Source of the DNA: Fonticula alba ATCC 38817
Taxonomy: Eukaryota; Protista; Nucleariida
Direction: 5' to 3' (one strand)
NCBI GenBank assembly: GCA_000388065.2
Contig: KB932202.1
Length of the DNA: 14,494 bases
The notes beneath the pieces were generated by a model, which saw only the letters and a list, made by a program, of their open reading frames with translations, had not been told where the DNA came from and searched no databases. A program made the position numbers and the translations under genes. Positions 1-9,698 of this stretch are shown in pieces; position 1 is the stretch's first letter; every line of letters begins with the position of its first letter.

Positions 1-49
1 AGGTGGCCGCCGAGGCCGAGCGGCATAAACGCTCGACCGAGGACGGAGA

Positions 50-458
50 TACGCGGGTGGGCGGGCCCAGCCGCGGGGTTCTCAGTTCCAACCCCTGACC
101 GAGCCCAAAGGTCAAAAAGGGGGACTCTCGTTGAGAGCCTCCTGAGAGCGAAAGCCTTAGCAGCTGTGTGTCGAAGAGTATACGGAAGTATAGCCGAAGC
201 ACCAGTTAGGCCGACGAACACCTGTTCTAAGGCTTCCTCTCGAACCCTTTTTAACATCCGAGTTCCTTTCTATTTTCGCTTGCCACTAACTCGTCTCAAG
301 CCGAGTTACTGACTCATCTGGTAACAGACGACCGTGAACCGCTGGTTGGTATGTCCCCTCCTTCATGCCAAGAGGTTACTAACCAGGTGGCAGATCACAC
401 TGGTACCCTTCGTCAAGCCTCACTCACTTGACTTAGGCTTAACCCGTGTGAACCCTGC
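50..458 (+). ncRNA. Candidate structured non-coding RNA or structured element, family unassigned
   Basis: No ORF in the track. GC is lower than the flanks (about 43-55% in the lines I counted). Many complementary arms: 152-160/227-235 (9 bp), 144-148/237-241, 166-169/218-221, 170-173/212-215, 114-121/245-252, 281-286/387-392, 287-293/302-308, 342-351/377-386 and 412-417/427-432. Possible end-closing helices are 73-81/450-458 or 50-58/442-450. GNRA tetraloops (GGAA 184-187, GUAA 321-324) favour the plus strand. Confidence 0.3.
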
Positions 459-507
459 TACACAGACGCGGCCGGCACATGCCCGCGATGGCACGTGATT
501 GGTATAT

Positions 508-3033
508 TCATCGCCCTCCCTGTGGACTAAGCAGCATGCGTTGCGGCTCCTGCGTCGCCCTCGTCCGGTCTGGCGTGGCCGATTGCACTTGGGACTGGCC
601 CACCTGGGTGGCAGCCGCCGAGGACTGAGCCGCCCGGTGGCGCTGGGCCAGCAAGTCTGGAAGCACCGGGGCGAACATCAAAATCCCGCTCCAGCGGCTG
701 CTCGCGCGATCGAGCACCCCCGACCATGGGGTGGTTGGCTGAAGGTGCAGATGTTCCGGGTGCTGCATGGTGCCCACATCGAAGAAGCAGTCCCTCCCGC
801 AGGCCAGGTTCACCGTGCCCCGGTAGAGGCTAGCCCGGACATCGGAGAGGTGAATGAACGTGGACCCGGGCTCCCAAGCGCCCGCTGACCGTGACATGTC
901 TCCCCAGCTGCATTGTGGAGGCCTCTCGGCGGTTAGAGGCTGCCCAGGGGAAGGAGAAGCCAATACAGCAGCAAGAGCCCCCTGAGTACGTACATGATGA
1001 GGGGAATCCCCTCCGGGAGACTGTCATCGTATACAAGCACCTCGCGCTTGAGCAGTGTCACCTCCACTGGCGGGGTGGCCTCGTTCTGCGGATCAAGATA
1101 GAGTTTCTTCCCTGCAAGGGAGAAAGGGAGGGGCGGGGGGGGGGAGGGGAGAGATGACGCCAGCAAGCGGCATAATGATAATATAATGCGCCGAGGGCAG
1201 CGGGGGCAGTCATGGTGGGGAGGGGGGAGAAGACGAAAGGGGGAGCGAGTCAGCCATGCAGGGGCAGCCGCCGCGGGCCAAGAACCGAGGGACGACGCAC
1301 GGAATTCCTGCTCCGGGGAGACAGCCACGACACCGACGATCGCGGCACTACCAGTCCCGGCGGGCCCGGTCTCGCGCGGCTGGCTGCCATCCGAGAAGTC
1401 CTCACAGTCGGCCGTCCATGAGGCCAGAATGTCGGCCAGTGGCCTGGCCACGAGGGCCGCACGCCGAAGTGGCCGCAGGAAACGCTGGCGCCCGGTGAAA
1501 GGCCGAATGTCGCAATTGTCCCGACCGACAAAGATGTGGGCTTCGTAGTCGCTGGTGGTTGGCAGGGAGGTGAAATTCTTGCTGGCCGCCTGGGAATCCT
1601 CCTGGCTGCCGGAATCCGGCGCCGGGGGTGATGGATGGTCATCCTCCGTCGGGGATCGCTCTGGCGGCGGCAGATGCTCCGGGAAGTAGGATGCAGGCAA
1701 TTCGCGCATCTTTTCCTGCTCACGCTGGATGATCTCCGGCCGGTGGCGGATATCCGGGAAGAAAAGCTGAATGCGATCATCGAGCTACGGGCGACCGGGT
1801 TACCATGGATGCCGATGTCCCTGCCACACACACACACACACACATATGGCCGAGCCGAAGAAGGAAGCAAATGCCGGAAGAGAAAGGGAAAGAGAGGGGG
1901 AGAGAGGAAAGGGTACCTTGAGGGAATCAAAGCGCTCCGGGCTATCGGACCAGCAGAGAACCGCAATAGATGCCGAGTCATCCCGAATGACAAACTTCCG
2001 CAAATACCGGATCTCCTCCTCTGTTGAGATGTGATTAGCAGCGGGCAAGAAGGCTTGACTGGCACGAGGGGGTGGGTCGCACCTTTCTTGGACATAAATG
2101 GCCGAGCGGCATCGGAGTAGATGATCCGCCCAACCAACGACTGTCGGCGATTGGGGCCAAAGTCAGTGACATGTATCCAGCAGCAGGGGTGGCTTTGGCC
2201 GGAGAAAAAAAAAGAGGCCACAAGCAAAGCAGCAGCAGCGGCAGCCGGCGCAAAGGTCACAAGCAGCTCTTGACGGCAGCTAGAGGGCGCACATTGAAGG
2301 AGGCTCCCTCGCCAATCTCCGCGATGTCAATGACAAGAGGCGGGGCCACGCCAGGGGATCCATCTTCCCCCGGCTCCGCGTCAGAGTGATCGCCATCGCC
2401 GGCTTCATGGCCGTCCGCCGCGCCGGGTCCTTCCGAGTGCTTTCCCTCCGCCGACTGGGAGGAGAAGAGCATCGCCGCGCGGCGACGCTCCGCATACTGG
2501 CTCTCCTGACTTGAGTCGTAGGAAAGAAGGTCCGACCGATCGACCGAAAAGAAATCACCCTCACCGGAGCGACTGGGCGTCATGTCGACCGGTGCCACAA
2601 GCGGCGACCGGAGCAAGGTCCCAATGTGCCCGTGCCGAGCCGGGGAGGGTGTCACTGCGCCGGAAAGGCGGGCACGCTTTTGCGGCGTGGCGCCGTGGAT
2701 GGACTCGCTCGCTCGATCCAGCGACCTGCCAAGCATGCAAAGGAGGTCTCCGGTGTCGGCATCCTCCAGGAAGCGGCCAACCCGCGCGTTGGGCTCGCCC
2801 ACCCGGCCGGGACTCGGCGATGGCGGGGCCGGCGATGTCACTGGACCGGTGCCCGGAGTACGCAGGACCAGAGGCGATGCGGGAGGGCGTCGCCTGGGCA
2901 GCGGCCCGGGGGACATCGAGTACACTGTTTGCGGAGACTGGGGCAAGCGCCGGCGCATGCCGAGGCGCGGCGGAGTGGGGAAGGGGCTCTCCTGGCTGGA
3001 CCCTTCGCCGGGAGTTGAGTGGGGCTGGCTCAT
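508..3033 (-). CDS. MEIOB-like OB-fold ssDNA-binding protein (RPA1 paralog family) with a long disordered N-terminus. Model complement(join(508..907,994..1111,1301..1784,1917..2020,2083..2140,2293..3033)), 634 aa
   Basis: Five GT-AG introns (donors gtgcgc, gtgcga, gtaccc, gtgcgt, gtacgt) keep one frame; 1905 nt = 635 codons. OB1 reads SLVGRIIYSDAARPFMSKKEEEIRYLRKFVIRDDSASIAVLCWSDSPERFDSLKLDDRIQLFFPDIRHRPEIIQREQEK. OB2 reads LKREVLVYDDSLPEGIPLIIWGDMSRSAGAWEPGSTFIHLSDVR. Both resemble human MEIOB as I recall it (RYTFSFTIRDS...W; RCEVRLYDET...CW...AQSWMPRETVIFASDVR). The start is the first in-frame ATG (3033); an extra upstream exon is possible. Confidence 0.7.
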
Positions 3034-4394
3034 CGGGGGTGCGCTTGGGTGCCAGGACGTGGGGGCGGGTGGGGGTGATGTGCGTTTGGAGTGCCGGGAA
3101 GGGGAGTCTGGAAGTGGGGGCAAGAGCAGGTGGGGGCGGGCGCCTGGGGGGGGGCGGAGGGATGTGGCCCGATGATGACAGGACCTGCGTTCCTCGGACC
3201 GAGAAAAGTTCGGGCGCCTCGGCCGGCAAAAGGCGCCCCGGGCGTGTGTGGTTCACAAGATGTGGCGGGAAGCCGAATTCGTGGCCCGAGATACCGGCCA
3301 GCTAGATCTCGCATATCACGCGGGTGGCACCACCCGGGGGCGGGCGCGCGGAGTCTTCTGAAAGTGTAGTACGAATGACCAGCCTCAAGCCCAGGGGGCC
3401 GGGGATCGGCGGGCCGGGGCGGGGCCGGGCACATCTGTGCGCCAGCGCCCGAGGCCTGTGTGAGTGAGTGCGGGGGAAAGGGAACAGCGGGGGGCGGGGG
3501 GAAGGAACAGCGATTGGATCGGTGGGGCCCATTCCACGGGTGTGGCGGTCTGTCCCACGCCCGGGGCTCTTCGGTGGTGCATGCGTGTCGGGACTTTGGC
3601 CCGTGTTTTCGGGTGCGCATCATTGGGGCCGCCTGAAAAGGTGACTCCGCCGGCGGTGTACTCACACGGCCGACCGCGGAGGGACGATGATGGGGTCGAG
3701 GGGAGGGGGGAGGGGCGCGGGGCGCACGGGCGACTGTGTTCCAGCCGACCAAATGTGATGATGGGGCATGGCCGGGCGGATGATGCAGTCTTGGGGGCGT
3801 GAAATTCGCCCGTTTCCGAAGCCCGCCGGTGGGGCGCGCCCGCCCCGGGGCCGTAGTTGTCATCGGTCTGGCCCGCGCTGGAGGGGCCGCCTTCTGGCGA
3901 TCCCGGCCACAGGTGGAGGTGCGGTCTTCCGGGCCAGGGGCCGGAGGGGGGTTGGGCTGACGAGGCCATCAAGCCCTTGATGTTGGTGTCTGGGTCCCCT
4001 CCGGGGGCGGGGCGGGGGGGCGGGGGGGGAGGGCGCTCGGCGTCTGTGCCTCCGCCTCCTCTCCTTCACGCCCCGGTAGCCCCGCAGCCCCGCCCATCCC
4101 TCACAGAGGGCGGGATCTGGATCAAGGCCTGGAGCCCGGCGGGCAGATAGTGCCAGGTCATTTATTAATCCGCTGAGCGGCCTTCCAGTTGCCCGAGCAC
4201 CGCGAGTGGGCGCCGCCCCCCGCCCCCCTTTTCAGTGGCGGGGCGGCTGTTGTTTTCTCCGCAGAGCGCCCTCTCGCCCAGATGTTGTGTGGGAGTTCTC
4301 CAGGCGTCTCCCGCCCACGCCAGGCAAGATCTCGCTCTGTCCCCCCCCCCCCGCAATGAGTAGCGGGCCTGGAGGGGGCGGCGTCAATCTGCCG

Positions 4395-4560
4395 NNNNNN
4401 NNNNNNNNNNNNNNNNNNNNNNNNNNNNNNNNNNNNNNNNNNNNNNNNNNNNNNNNNNNNNNNNNNNNNNNNNNNNNNNNNNNNNNNNNNNNNNNNNNNN
4501 NNNNNNNNNNNNNNNNNNNNNNNNNNNNNNNNNNNNNNNNNNNNNNNNNNNNNNNNNNNN
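4395..4560. other. Assembly gap (166 N)
   Basis: Run of N; poly-C begins at 4561. Confidence 0.99.
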
Positions 4561-4609
4561 CCCCCTTCCGCCATCCCCTCTCCCTCTCTTTCTCCTCCTC
4601 GGTGTCCCC

Positions 4610-5360
4610 ATGGCTACCCGAATCAAACCCACCCCCTCAACCCACACGGTTGACTGGCGGATGGTGGCCCGGGCCACAACACCCTCGCTGGCGCGGCCAT
4701 CCCTCCATGGACAGCAGTTCACCTCTCCCCGGTATCGCCTGGGGCGCCTGCTGTTGCTTGGGCTGGGCATCTTCGTGCTGATGTCCCTGGCTGGTCGGGT
4801 GTTGGCTGCGCCGGACCCCTCACCCGGGGAAGGTGTCCATGCTGCAAGCATCTCGGGCTCGGCGTCGGCGTCGGCCTCAGGCTCCGTATCGACCTCCGCC
4901 TCGGCACCTGCCTCCGCCTCCTCCGCCTCCTCCTCGGGGCCTGCCTTCGATCCCTATGCCGTGATGTCCATCCTGGACCCGTTGCCGGCCCCCGGCTCCA
5001 CGGTTGAGTATTGTCGCAGTACGTGCTGACTGGGTGCATTCGCGCGCGCATGATCAGCGCCCTTCCGCAAACGCGGGCAGGGGCTACGTGGGACCGGTCG
5101 CTTCGCTGGTGATGTATTGCGAATGTCGTTCGTGTCCCCCCCCGCCCCCCCCCCCTGCCCTGCCCTCTTCCCTCGCCTTCCCTTCTGCCAGTGCTCCCAC
5201 CTGTGAAAGTGTGTCCCTGGGGACGAGGTCATGTATCCTCGCATGTATGCGCCTCGCCATCCAGCGGATCATGCATTTGTGTGTTTTTCGGTGACGCATG
5301 CATGCGTATCTTGGAGCTGCATACCCCTCCATGAAGTCGCTGCGTGTACCGACCGTTGCC

Positions 5361-5394
<34 letters not shown>

Positions 5395-6425
5395 CTTTTC
5401 ATCGGTGTACCTGTGTGTGTCTCTGTGTGCATGTGCCTGTGGTGGGCCTTTTCTCGTCATCCCTGCCTAGATCGCACAGTCCCTGCCCGGGGGTGGGTCT
5501 GCTGTGTTGATACATCATCGCGCATCTGCCTCCGGCGCACGGACTTTGGTCTTCTGTGTGTACACAGGTCCGTGCATGTGCATCTGTGTGTTTATCTGTG
5601 TGTGTGTGTGTGTCTATACATGTGTACATGCTTTAAGTGTGTGTCTGTGTGTTCATCTGTGTGCTTATCTGTGTATCCGTGCGCATCCATGTGCAGATGT
5701 GCGCATGTGCATGTGCCTATGACAACATGGCTCTCATGTGGGGATGTATCATCTTTCGATTACATCAGAGGGCCTCGACACTTGCCGTTCTTTCTGCTCC
5801 CCATGTCTCTGACCGAAGTCCTTGCATTTGCTGAATGGCGCAAACCCTCCTCCTCCCGTCCGTCAGTCCGCCCGGGGGAAGCCCAACCCGAGTGCACGGC
5901 GGTGGTCTATGATCCAAACACCCCGCTGGTCCTTTGCCGGGCCCTGCTGCCGGGGTCCTTCACGGCCGCCGACTTGACTCCCCTCTACCCGCCGCCTCCG
6001 GCCGGGTCTTCCACTTCGGCCTCCTCCTCGTCATCGGGCACTGGCACGATTCCCCTCCGTCCGCTGGCCGCTGTCGGGACTCTGGCCGGCGGAAGCTACG
6101 CCAACTGCACCATGATCGACTATTCTCGGGTGAAGAAGAGCCACTATGAGCAGCTGTCTGAGAGTGAGCAGCGTCTGGGCTGCCGTCGCTACGAGCGCCA
6201 CAACCTGGATTCCTGGTGGGATGTCATCCACTCGGCTTCGCCCTTCTCCGGTGCCAGTGCCACGCACCTGAATGCCCTCCAGGGCGAGGTGGCTCCGGTG
6301 ACCAATGCCACGGCCCTTTGCCAGGTTCCGCTGACGGTTGACTGCCTTGGGCCGCATGCGTTCTACATCCCGGACGTCCCCTGTGTCATGTGCGCCATCC
6401 AGACACATACGCATCCCCTCCAGCG

Positions 6426-6482
<57 letters not shown>

Positions 6483-6758
6483 CCCCCTCGGCATTTTGCA
6501 TCAGCTGACGCTCGCTCGACTCCCCCTATGCCACCTCCCTTTAGCTACTCCACGAAGAGCTTCTTCACCACTCTGCTTTTGTCGATCTTTTTGGGTGCCT
6601 TCGGCGCGGACCGTTTCTATCTGAACCAGGGTGGCCTGGGGACGGCCAAGTTGCTGACTCTTGGCGGTGTCGGAATCTGGTACATTGTGGATATCTTCCT
6701 GCTGATTTTCGGCAAGATCCAGCCCAATAGCGGTGCTCACTGGAGCCTGCACACGTAG
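4610..6758 (+). CDS. TM2 domain membrane protein, TM2D2-like. Minimal model join(4610..5018,5867..6389,6545..6758), 381 aa; extra small exons in 5019-5866 possible
   Basis: The last exon encodes a TM2 domain ([52 protein letters not shown]). The preceding exon has TM2D2-type Cys motifs ([38 protein letters not shown]). Exon 1 has a hydrophobic signal segment ([20 protein letters not shown]) and a Ser/Ala linker. Introns 5019-5866 (gtacgt...tcag) and 6390-6544 (gtgcgc...ttag) keep frame. Confidence 0.8.
5363..5392. repeat. (GT)15 microsatellite, followed by degenerate TG-rich tracts to about 5720, in TM2D intron 1
   Basis: Direct reading of the sequence. Confidence 0.9.
6423..6480. repeat. 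(GC)6 plus (CA)23 alternating purine-pyrimidine tract in TM2D intron 2
   Basis: Direct reading of the sequence. Confidence 0.9.
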
Positions 6759-6866
6759 AGCGGTGCCGCCTTGCAGCGTCTCCCCACGCATAGGAGAAAG
6801 CCCCTTGCCCTGTCCTTGTTCCTCCCCCTCCCTCCATCTTTCAGCCAGTGACTTGTTCCTCCCCCC

Positions 6867-7143
6867 NNNNNNNNNNNNNNNNNNNNNNNNNNNNNNNNNN
6901 NNNNNNNNNNNNNNNNNNNNNNNNNNNNNNNNNNNNNNNNNNNNNNNNNNNNNNNNNNNNNNNNNNNNNNNNNNNNNNNNNNNNNNNNNNNNNNNNNNNN
7001 NNNNNNNNNNNNNNNNNNNNNNNNNNNNNNNNNNNNNNNNNNNNNNNNNNNNNNNNNNNNNNNNNNNNNNNNNNNNNNNNNNNNNNNNNNNNNNNNNNNN
7101 NNNNNNNNNNNNNNNNNNNNNNNNNNNNNNNNNNNNNNNNNNN
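6867..7143. other. Assembly gap (277 N) interrupting the SHMT gene
   Basis: Run of N flanked by C6 on the left and G4 on the right. Confidence 0.99.
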
Positions 7144-7261
7144 GGGGGCAAATGCATGGCAGGCCGATTGGAGGAGCCGATGGCGTTAGCGGTCCGGGCA
7201 GGCAGGGCAAAAGCGAGGACAGGGAAGCAGGCCACGAGGCCTGGCGCAATCCGGCACGCAC

Positions 7262-8546
7262 CCTTGCCCTGGGTGTCGGTGTAGTTGCCCTTGCGGTAGA
7301 AGATCATGGCGCCACGCGGGCCGCGCAGGAGCTTGTGCGTGGTGGTGGTGACCAAGTCCGAATACTCGAAGGGGTTGGTGGACAGGTCGGCCGCGACCAG
7401 GCCGCTGATGTGGGCCATGTCGGACAGGAGGTAGGCACCCACGGAGTCGGCCACCTCGCGCATGCGCTTGTAGTCGTAGTGGCGCGAGTAGGCCGACATG
7501 CCGGCGACCAGCATCTTCGGGCGGAAGAGGGTGGCGGTCTTGGCCAGGGTGTCGTAGTCGATCAGCGAGGTCTCGGTGTCCAGGCGGTAGGGCATGGTCT
7601 CGTAGTAGACCGAGATGTGGGAGATCTTCTTGGTGGGGGTCTGGTAGCCATGGCTCAGGCTGCGTGCGCGCGCGCGCGTGTGTGTGTGTGTGTGTGTGGG
7701 AGGGGGGGGGGGGGGGGGGAGAAGAGGGCGAGGGGGCGGTCAGCACACCGGGCGTGCGTGGGCGGGGGCCGATGCCGGCGGCAGGGCGCAGGGAGGCACG
7801 CACTGGCCACCGTGGGGCAGGTCCAGGCCCATGATGCGGTCGTGGGGCTTGAGCACGGCGCCGTAGGCGCAAAGGTTGGCCGGGGAGCCGGACAGCGGCT
7901 GCACATTGACGCCCCACTCCTCGGGGTTGAGGTTGAAGGCGGCCAGGGCGCGCTTCTGGCACAGGAGCTCGCTCTGGTCGATGAACTCGTTGCCGCCGTA
8001 GTACCGGGCGTTGGGGTAGCCCTCGGAGTACTTGTTCTGCATGACGGAGCCCAGGGCGTCGAGCACGGCCTGGGAGGTGAAGTTCTGCCGGCCCGCGGGC
8101 GGGGGAGCGGGGGGTCATCATGCGCCGCGGCATGGCCACGATCAGCGTCATCATCGCGTCAGTGGGCCGCGGGCTGGTCGGGGCGCCGGGCGGACGGGCG
8201 GGCGGGCGGGCGGGCGGGAACAGCGGACCGGCGGGGCGTACCTCGGACGGGATCAGGTCGATACTGGACAGCTGGCGCAGCTTCTCGTGCTCGATGATGT
8301 CGAACATCTCGGGGTCGGCGGTCTCGAGCTTCTCGTTGAGGCCGTTGACCCACTGTATGGCGGAGAGGGCGGATGGGGGGAGAAGCCTGGGGTCAGCGAT
8401 GCACATGTATGCACCCGCACGCGTGTGTGTATGTGGGACCGGGAGGGGAGGCGTACCGCAGGGATGGAGGACATGCCGCGGACGGCGGACGCCTGGGCGG
8501 CGTTGCGGGCGACAGCACCGGCGGCGGAGCGGGCGAGGGAGAACAT
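7262..8546 (-). CDS. SHMT: Serine hydroxymethyltransferase, mitochondrial-type, 3'-partial. complement(join(7262..7659,7804..8084,8242..8352,8457..8546)), 293 codons visible
   Basis: Family motifs [70 protein letters not shown] and the PLP-lysine loop [21 protein letters not shown]. The N-terminus [27 protein letters not shown] is an Arg/Ala/Ser-rich, acid-free transit-peptide-like sequence. Intron phases are consistent. The C-terminus is lost in the gap. Confidence 0.97.
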
Positions 8547-8587
8547 CCTATGGTGGGGGGCGGGGGGGGGGGGGGCACAGGACGCAC

Positions 8588-9321
8588 ACTGGTCAAAGCG
8601 TCAGACATCAAACCGTAGCCGGTGCTCCCGAAGCCGGACATGGCGCTGAAGCCCACGCTGCCCAGGCTGCCCAGGCTGCCCAGGCCATCGGTCAGCCCGC
8701 CAGACGAGGGAGGCTGGCTATGCTCGGCCGAGGAGGGCGGGTGACTGGAGCGAGTCGAGCGAATGCGCCGGGCGAAGGCCATCAGACCGGAGGAGGACGG
8801 CGACGTGGTCAGCTCTGCGAGGAGGCCGCCGGAGGCAGGGGCACGGGGGGGGGAGGGGGGGGGGCCGCGTGGGCGTGCGTGCGGGCGGGCATGCGGGCGT
8901 GTCAACATGCTTGTACATTGGCCAGACATAAGGGACAGGAGTGGTGGCACATACCGAACTGTGAGGGGATCATCTGCGAGGAGGTGGGGCTGGAGGGCAG
9001 CCCGCTGGAGAAGGAGGACGCAGACGTGGCCATGGCAAAGGGGACCGCCTCGGAGCCAGGGCTCGATGGTGCAACGAAAGTCGAGAAGGGGCTCGACGGC
9101 TCATGTGCTCCGGAGGAGGTCGGCAGATCGGAGGCCAACACTCCGGCCGAGGAGGCGGATGAAGGGGGAAGCATCATATGCCCCTCCGAAGAGGGGGGCT
9201 GCATCAGGACGTCGCCATCGGAGCCAAGGTTGTCGCTCTGGCTGTCCGGCACGGTCACCGCCGCCAGGGGCAAGCGGTCGGCCGGGGGAGGGCTTCCGCC
9301 GGGCGGGATGGGAGAGCTCAT
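8588..9321 (-). CDS. MCM4: Displaced 5' exons of MCM4 (Ser/Pro-rich N-terminal regulatory domain). complement(join(8588..8814,8955..9321)), 198 codons, ending in an open phase-0 donor
   Basis: Begins MSSP like animal MCM4 and is rich in SSP/SP motifs. Intron 8954-8815 (gtatgt...cgcag) is phase-compatible. It ends SDALTS|gtgcgt at 8588/8587 with no sensible in-frame acceptor downstream, but fits the phase-0 MCM4 acceptor at 14386. Confidence 0.7.
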
Positions 9322-9584
9322 TGGGCGAATGAGGCAAGGAGGGGAGGGGCAAGAGAGGGCGAAAGTTCTGTGAGGCGGGCCAGAGAGGAGATGGGGGAGC
9401 GGTGACGCATGTCTTGGCTACAACAGGCACCAACCAGGGTCGGGTGGCTTTATGCGTAGCCGCGAGGCCGTGGGTCCGGGTTGGGGAGGGGGCGTCCTCC
9501 CTCGGGCGCCCCATCGTGGCGGCAGCCCCCCAACAGTTGGAGGGCCGTGAACGAAAGTGGGGGGGGGCCACCTTCACACACCTC

Positions 9585-9615
<31 letters not shown>

Positions 9616-9656
9616 GCACACGCGCACACACACACACACACACACACATGCGCACA

Positions 9657-9698
<42 letters not shown>

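Noticed and set aside
290-322. Hammerhead-like CAGAUGA-GUC...GAC-GAG on the minus strand
   Set aside because: Two core positions deviate (CUGAUGA, GAAA) and no stem I/III with a cleavage triplet forms.
281-392. Twister-ribozyme-like hairpin CUC-G-UCUCAA-GC-C-GAG (290-305), with GAGG and UAA nearby
   Set aside because: The P4 loop resembles twister, but the P1 and P2 helices and the GA/GC tertiary partners cannot be built in any permutation.
441-455. AACCCGTGTG-AACCC as a 1.5-repeat telomerase template
   Set aside because: Only a 5-nt redundancy near the 3' edge of the element, with no matching telomeric array visible; chance is likely.
1-470. rRNA, snRNA, SRP RNA, group I/II intron or HDV/pistol ribozyme identity for the structured segment
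   Set aside because: No diagnostic motifs are complete: no U1/U2/U5/U6 boxes, no SRP helix-8 CAGG/AGCA, no group II domain V pairing, no P7 pair, and no HDV P3 around UCCUCG.
3385-3969. Minus-strand Pro/Gly/Ser-rich ORF as an upstream exon of the MEIOB-like gene or a separate gene
   Set aside because: No recognisable domain and no donor matching the local GTRCG consensus that links it in frame. Long ORFs are expected by chance at this GC content.
4158-4172. AT-rich TCATTTATTAAT (AATAAA on the minus strand) as a polyA signal or TATA-like box
   Set aside because: A single short motif with no assignable transcript; the adjacent gap hides the context.
8657-8683. Three tandem 9-bp repeats (gctgcccag)
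   Set aside because: In-frame Gly-Ser-Leu coding repeat in a disordered region; not a CRISPR or regulatory array.
8393-8950. Ser/Pro ORF as an N-terminal fusion to SHMT or an overlapping gene
   Set aside because: The consensus donor (8587) is out of phase with the SHMT acceptor. Read-through overlaps SHMT exon 1 in another frame and ends in its intron. The MCM4 5' exon explanation fits better.
7152-9373. Long plus-strand ORFs 7152..8297 and 8120..9373
   Set aside because: Antisense shadows of the GC3-rich SHMT and MCM4 exons.
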